A DNA stretch of 8,268 bases from Candidatus Iainarchaeum sp. (GTDB lineage Archaea > Iainarchaeota > Iainarchaeia > Iainarchaeales > CSSED10-239), in NCBI GenBank assembly GCA_003559395.1, contig PWLL01000007.1, positions 1 to 8,268 on the forward strand. The letters are read 5' to 3'. This document shows positions 6,998 to 8,268 of this stretch, in pieces (the first letter of the stretch is position 1; each line of letters begins with the position of its first letter). The position numbers were made by a program, and so were the translations under genes. The notes beneath the pieces were generated by a model. It was not told the DNA's origin. It was given only the letters and a program-made list of their open reading frames with translations, and ran no database searches.

Positions 6998-7204
6998 ATG
7001 GGTTATGATGAAAGTGTCTTTAAAAGGGCTGTAGATTCATATGGTAGTGATATGCAGCAGATTGTTTGTGTTGAAGAACTTTCAGAGTTAATACAGGCTT
7101 TATGTAAAGAAATGCGACCACATCGAAGAAATATGTTAGTTTGTCGTAAACAAGACATATTATCAATCGCGGAGGAATTATCTGATGTTGAGATAATGTT
7201 GTAG
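6998..7204 (+). CDS. MazG-like nucleoside triphosphate pyrophosphohydrolase, N-terminal 68 codons up to an in-frame TAG (likely continues to 7357)
   Basis: AGGTGAT lies 5 nt upstream of ATG 6998. It contains the paired acidic helices typical of small phage MazG-like proteins: VEELSELIQALCKE (EExxE) and IAEELSDVEIML (EExxD). The ORF ends at TAG 7202-7204 in the middle of the expected helix. Confidence 0.65.
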   Translation: MGYDESVFKRAVDSYGSDMQQIVCVEELSELIQALCKEMRPHRRNMLVCRKQDILSIAEELSDVEIML

Positions 7205-7357
7205 CAAATCAAGTATGTTTTCGATAATAAGACTCAATCGGGAGTTAGATTCTCTGAATTGGTTAAAAGCCTAAAAGAGATGAAAATTGAGAAGTTAGAG
7301 AACAATATTACCGATTATAACAACAAAATGGAATCTTTTTCATCTATGGTGGATTAA
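7205..7357 (+). other. In-frame, stop-free continuation of the MazG-like ORF beyond the TAG (50 codons, ends TAA 7355-7357)
   Basis: The same frame reads QIKYVFDNKTQSGVRFSELVKSLKEMKIEKLENNITDYNNKMESFSSMVD. The other two forward frames stop at 7225-7227 and 7272-7274. No independent start preceded by an SD exists. The terminal TAA abuts the next ATG (7358). Whether it is translated depends on how the TAG is decoded. Confidence 0.5.
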
Positions 7358-7624
7358 ATGGGATTTATTGGAAGATTATTGGGAAAAGAGGGTAATAATG
7401 AATTTATCCTCAAAATATCGTTAATTAACGATATGGGTGAAGTAATATCGTTAAATCAATATCCTGTTACAGATGGGTGTGTAATAGAGTATGATTGTAA
7501 ATTGGAAACTAATGTGGAACATATATCCGAAACTATCTGTATAATGATGTCACACATTATGTTCTCCAATCTGGACAGGGTAACGAAAGTAGAGTTTGAA
7601 ATAGTGAGGAAATACCATGTTTAA
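7358..7624 (+). CDS. Hypothetical protein (88 aa)
   Basis: GGTGGA lies 5 nt upstream of ATG 7358. Stop TAA 7622-7624 overlaps the next gene's start (ATGTTTAA). No recognisable domain. Confidence 0.6.
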   Translation: MGFIGRLLGKEGNNEFILKISLINDMGEVISLNQYPVTDGCVIEYDCKLETNVEHISETICIMMSHIMFSNLDRVTKVEFEIVRKYHV

Positions 7625-8219
7625 TTGGCTTATAAAACTAATTTGTCCGGCAAATGACGATAATGAGAAGATTACGGCTCTTAAAGATGAGGTATTTGAA
7701 GCTGAGATTAAAATCAATGAATTACAAGACCAGCTCAACGAATGTATGGATATAAAAGACGCCAGTATATCGGTGTATTCTGAATATAAAGATATTCTTG
7801 GAGCGTATTTCTGTAAATTTGAAGATAAAAGACAGATTACAAGAAAAGAGTGTATGACGGCATTTAAGCCGTTGATTTTAACCGACACAATACAGGCGTT
7901 TGCGGATAATCTGTATAAAACAGTCAGTAAAAGTGATATGGAAAAATTCTTGGTTAAGGATAAAACAAGCCTCAGAAAATATTATGTAACGGAGTTCTTT
8001 GATTGTGACGATTTTGCTTTCAGGCTTAAAGGGAACATAACAACCCAGAATAACGCCGATATTGCATTTTTTATCGTATGGACATCAACACACGCATTTA
8101 ATGCGTTCATTGACCATAACCACAAAGTATGGTTCATAGAACCACAAACAGACGAGATTCTAGACCCTGTTGATACTCACCATCATTATTATAATGGATT
8201 GGCGGTTATTATAGGTTAG
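7617..8219 (+). CDS. Coiled-coil protein with a C-terminal transglutaminase-like / papain-fold Cys-His-acid domain (putative cysteine peptidase or isopeptidase)
   Basis: GAGGAA lies upstream of ATG 7617. The N-terminal part is a heptad-like helix (ITALKDEVFEAEIKINELQDQLNE). The C-terminal part, FDCDDFAFRLKG...THAFNAFIDHNHKVWFIEPQT, matches the transglutaminase-core pattern C-x-D-[FY]-A ... H-A-[WF] ... W-x-x-x-[DE]-P-x-T. The candidate residues are Cys at nt 8004-8006, His at 8091-8093 and Glu at 8139-8141, with Glu 16 residues after His. The ORF ends at TAG 8217-8219. Confidence 0.55.
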   Translation: MFNWLIKLICPANDDNEKITALKDEVFEAEIKINELQDQLNECMDIKDASISVYSEYKDILGAYFCKFEDKRQITRKECMTAFKPLILTDTIQAFADNLYKTVSKSDMEKFLVKDKTSLRKYYVTEFFDCDDFAFRLKGNITTQNNADIAFFIVWTSTHAFNAFIDHNHKVWFIEPQTDEILDPVDTHHHYYNGLAVIIG

Positions 8220-8268
8220 AGGCGATCATTATATTCCGATATAAAAATGGTAAAATATGGGTTAGAAA

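Noticed and set aside
7202-7204. A specific claim that the TAG encodes pyrrolysine and that the host is a methanogen.
   Set aside because: Nothing in this window (no pyl genes, no tRNA, no host marker) distinguishes Pyl from Gln recoding, suppression or a plain nonsense mutation. It is kept only as one listed possibility.
7215-7357. Independent small genes in the 153-nt gap: ATG 7215 (19 codons, other frame) or the in-frame ATG 7280 (25 codons).
   Set aside because: They are too short and lack an SD. The stop-free frame is exactly the MazG frame starting immediately at the TAG, which favours continuation of that gene.
82-7888. Eleven minus-strand ORFs from the track: 82..330, 789..986, 1048..1278, 1734..1919, 2806..3006, 3217..3471, 3365..3610, 5450..5671, 6260..6574, 7003..7212 and 7550..7888.
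   Set aside because: Each lies antisense within a + strand gene that is well supported by motifs or operon context. Their products are low-complexity (Ser/Phe/Ile/Asn-rich) and lack recognisable RBS or domains. This is the usual shadow-ORF behaviour of AT-rich coding DNA.
1-8268. CRISPR arrays, tRNA/rRNA genes, transposase or integrase genes, and terminal inverted repeats.
   Set aside because: I could find no spaced repeat arrays, no cloverleaf-capable segments in the short intergenic regions and no recombinase motifs. Apart from the leader and the 7205-7357 stretch, the window is essentially fully occupied by + strand coding sequence.

Overview
AT-rich window holding about 15 densely packed genes, all on the + strand. 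Genes are joined by short overlaps (ATGA, ATGGTGA, ATGTTTGA, TAAATG) and preceded by GGTGA/GAGG-type ribosome-binding sites. This is the layout of an early replication/recombination and nucleotide-metabolism module of a tailed phage or archaeal virus (or prophage). Calls supported by motifs: a Sak4/AAA_24-like RecA-fold ATPase, an SF2 DExH helicase, a small PNK-type HAD phosphatase, an HNH endonuclease, a phage Dam-family N6-adenine methyltransferase fused to a zinc ribbon and an HTH, a stand-alone paralogous HTH protein, a MazG-like pyrophosphohydrolase, and a coiled-coil protein with a transglutaminase/papain-like Cys-His-acid domain. The rest are ORFans or weak calls (possible OB-fold ssDNA-binding protein, ASCH-like protein, zinc-ribbon and Cys-rich small proteins). 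I found no tRNA, rRNA, CRISPR array or transposon. The most unusual signal is an in-frame TAG inside the MazG-like gene. The frame stays open for 50 more codons and ends exactly at the next gene's ATG, filling the only large gap in the window. That fits TAG being read as sense (stop-codon recoding, suppression or readthrough), or else a very recent nonsense mutation. No gene end confirmed by a closely following start uses TAG. All minus-strand ORFs in the track look like antisense artefacts.
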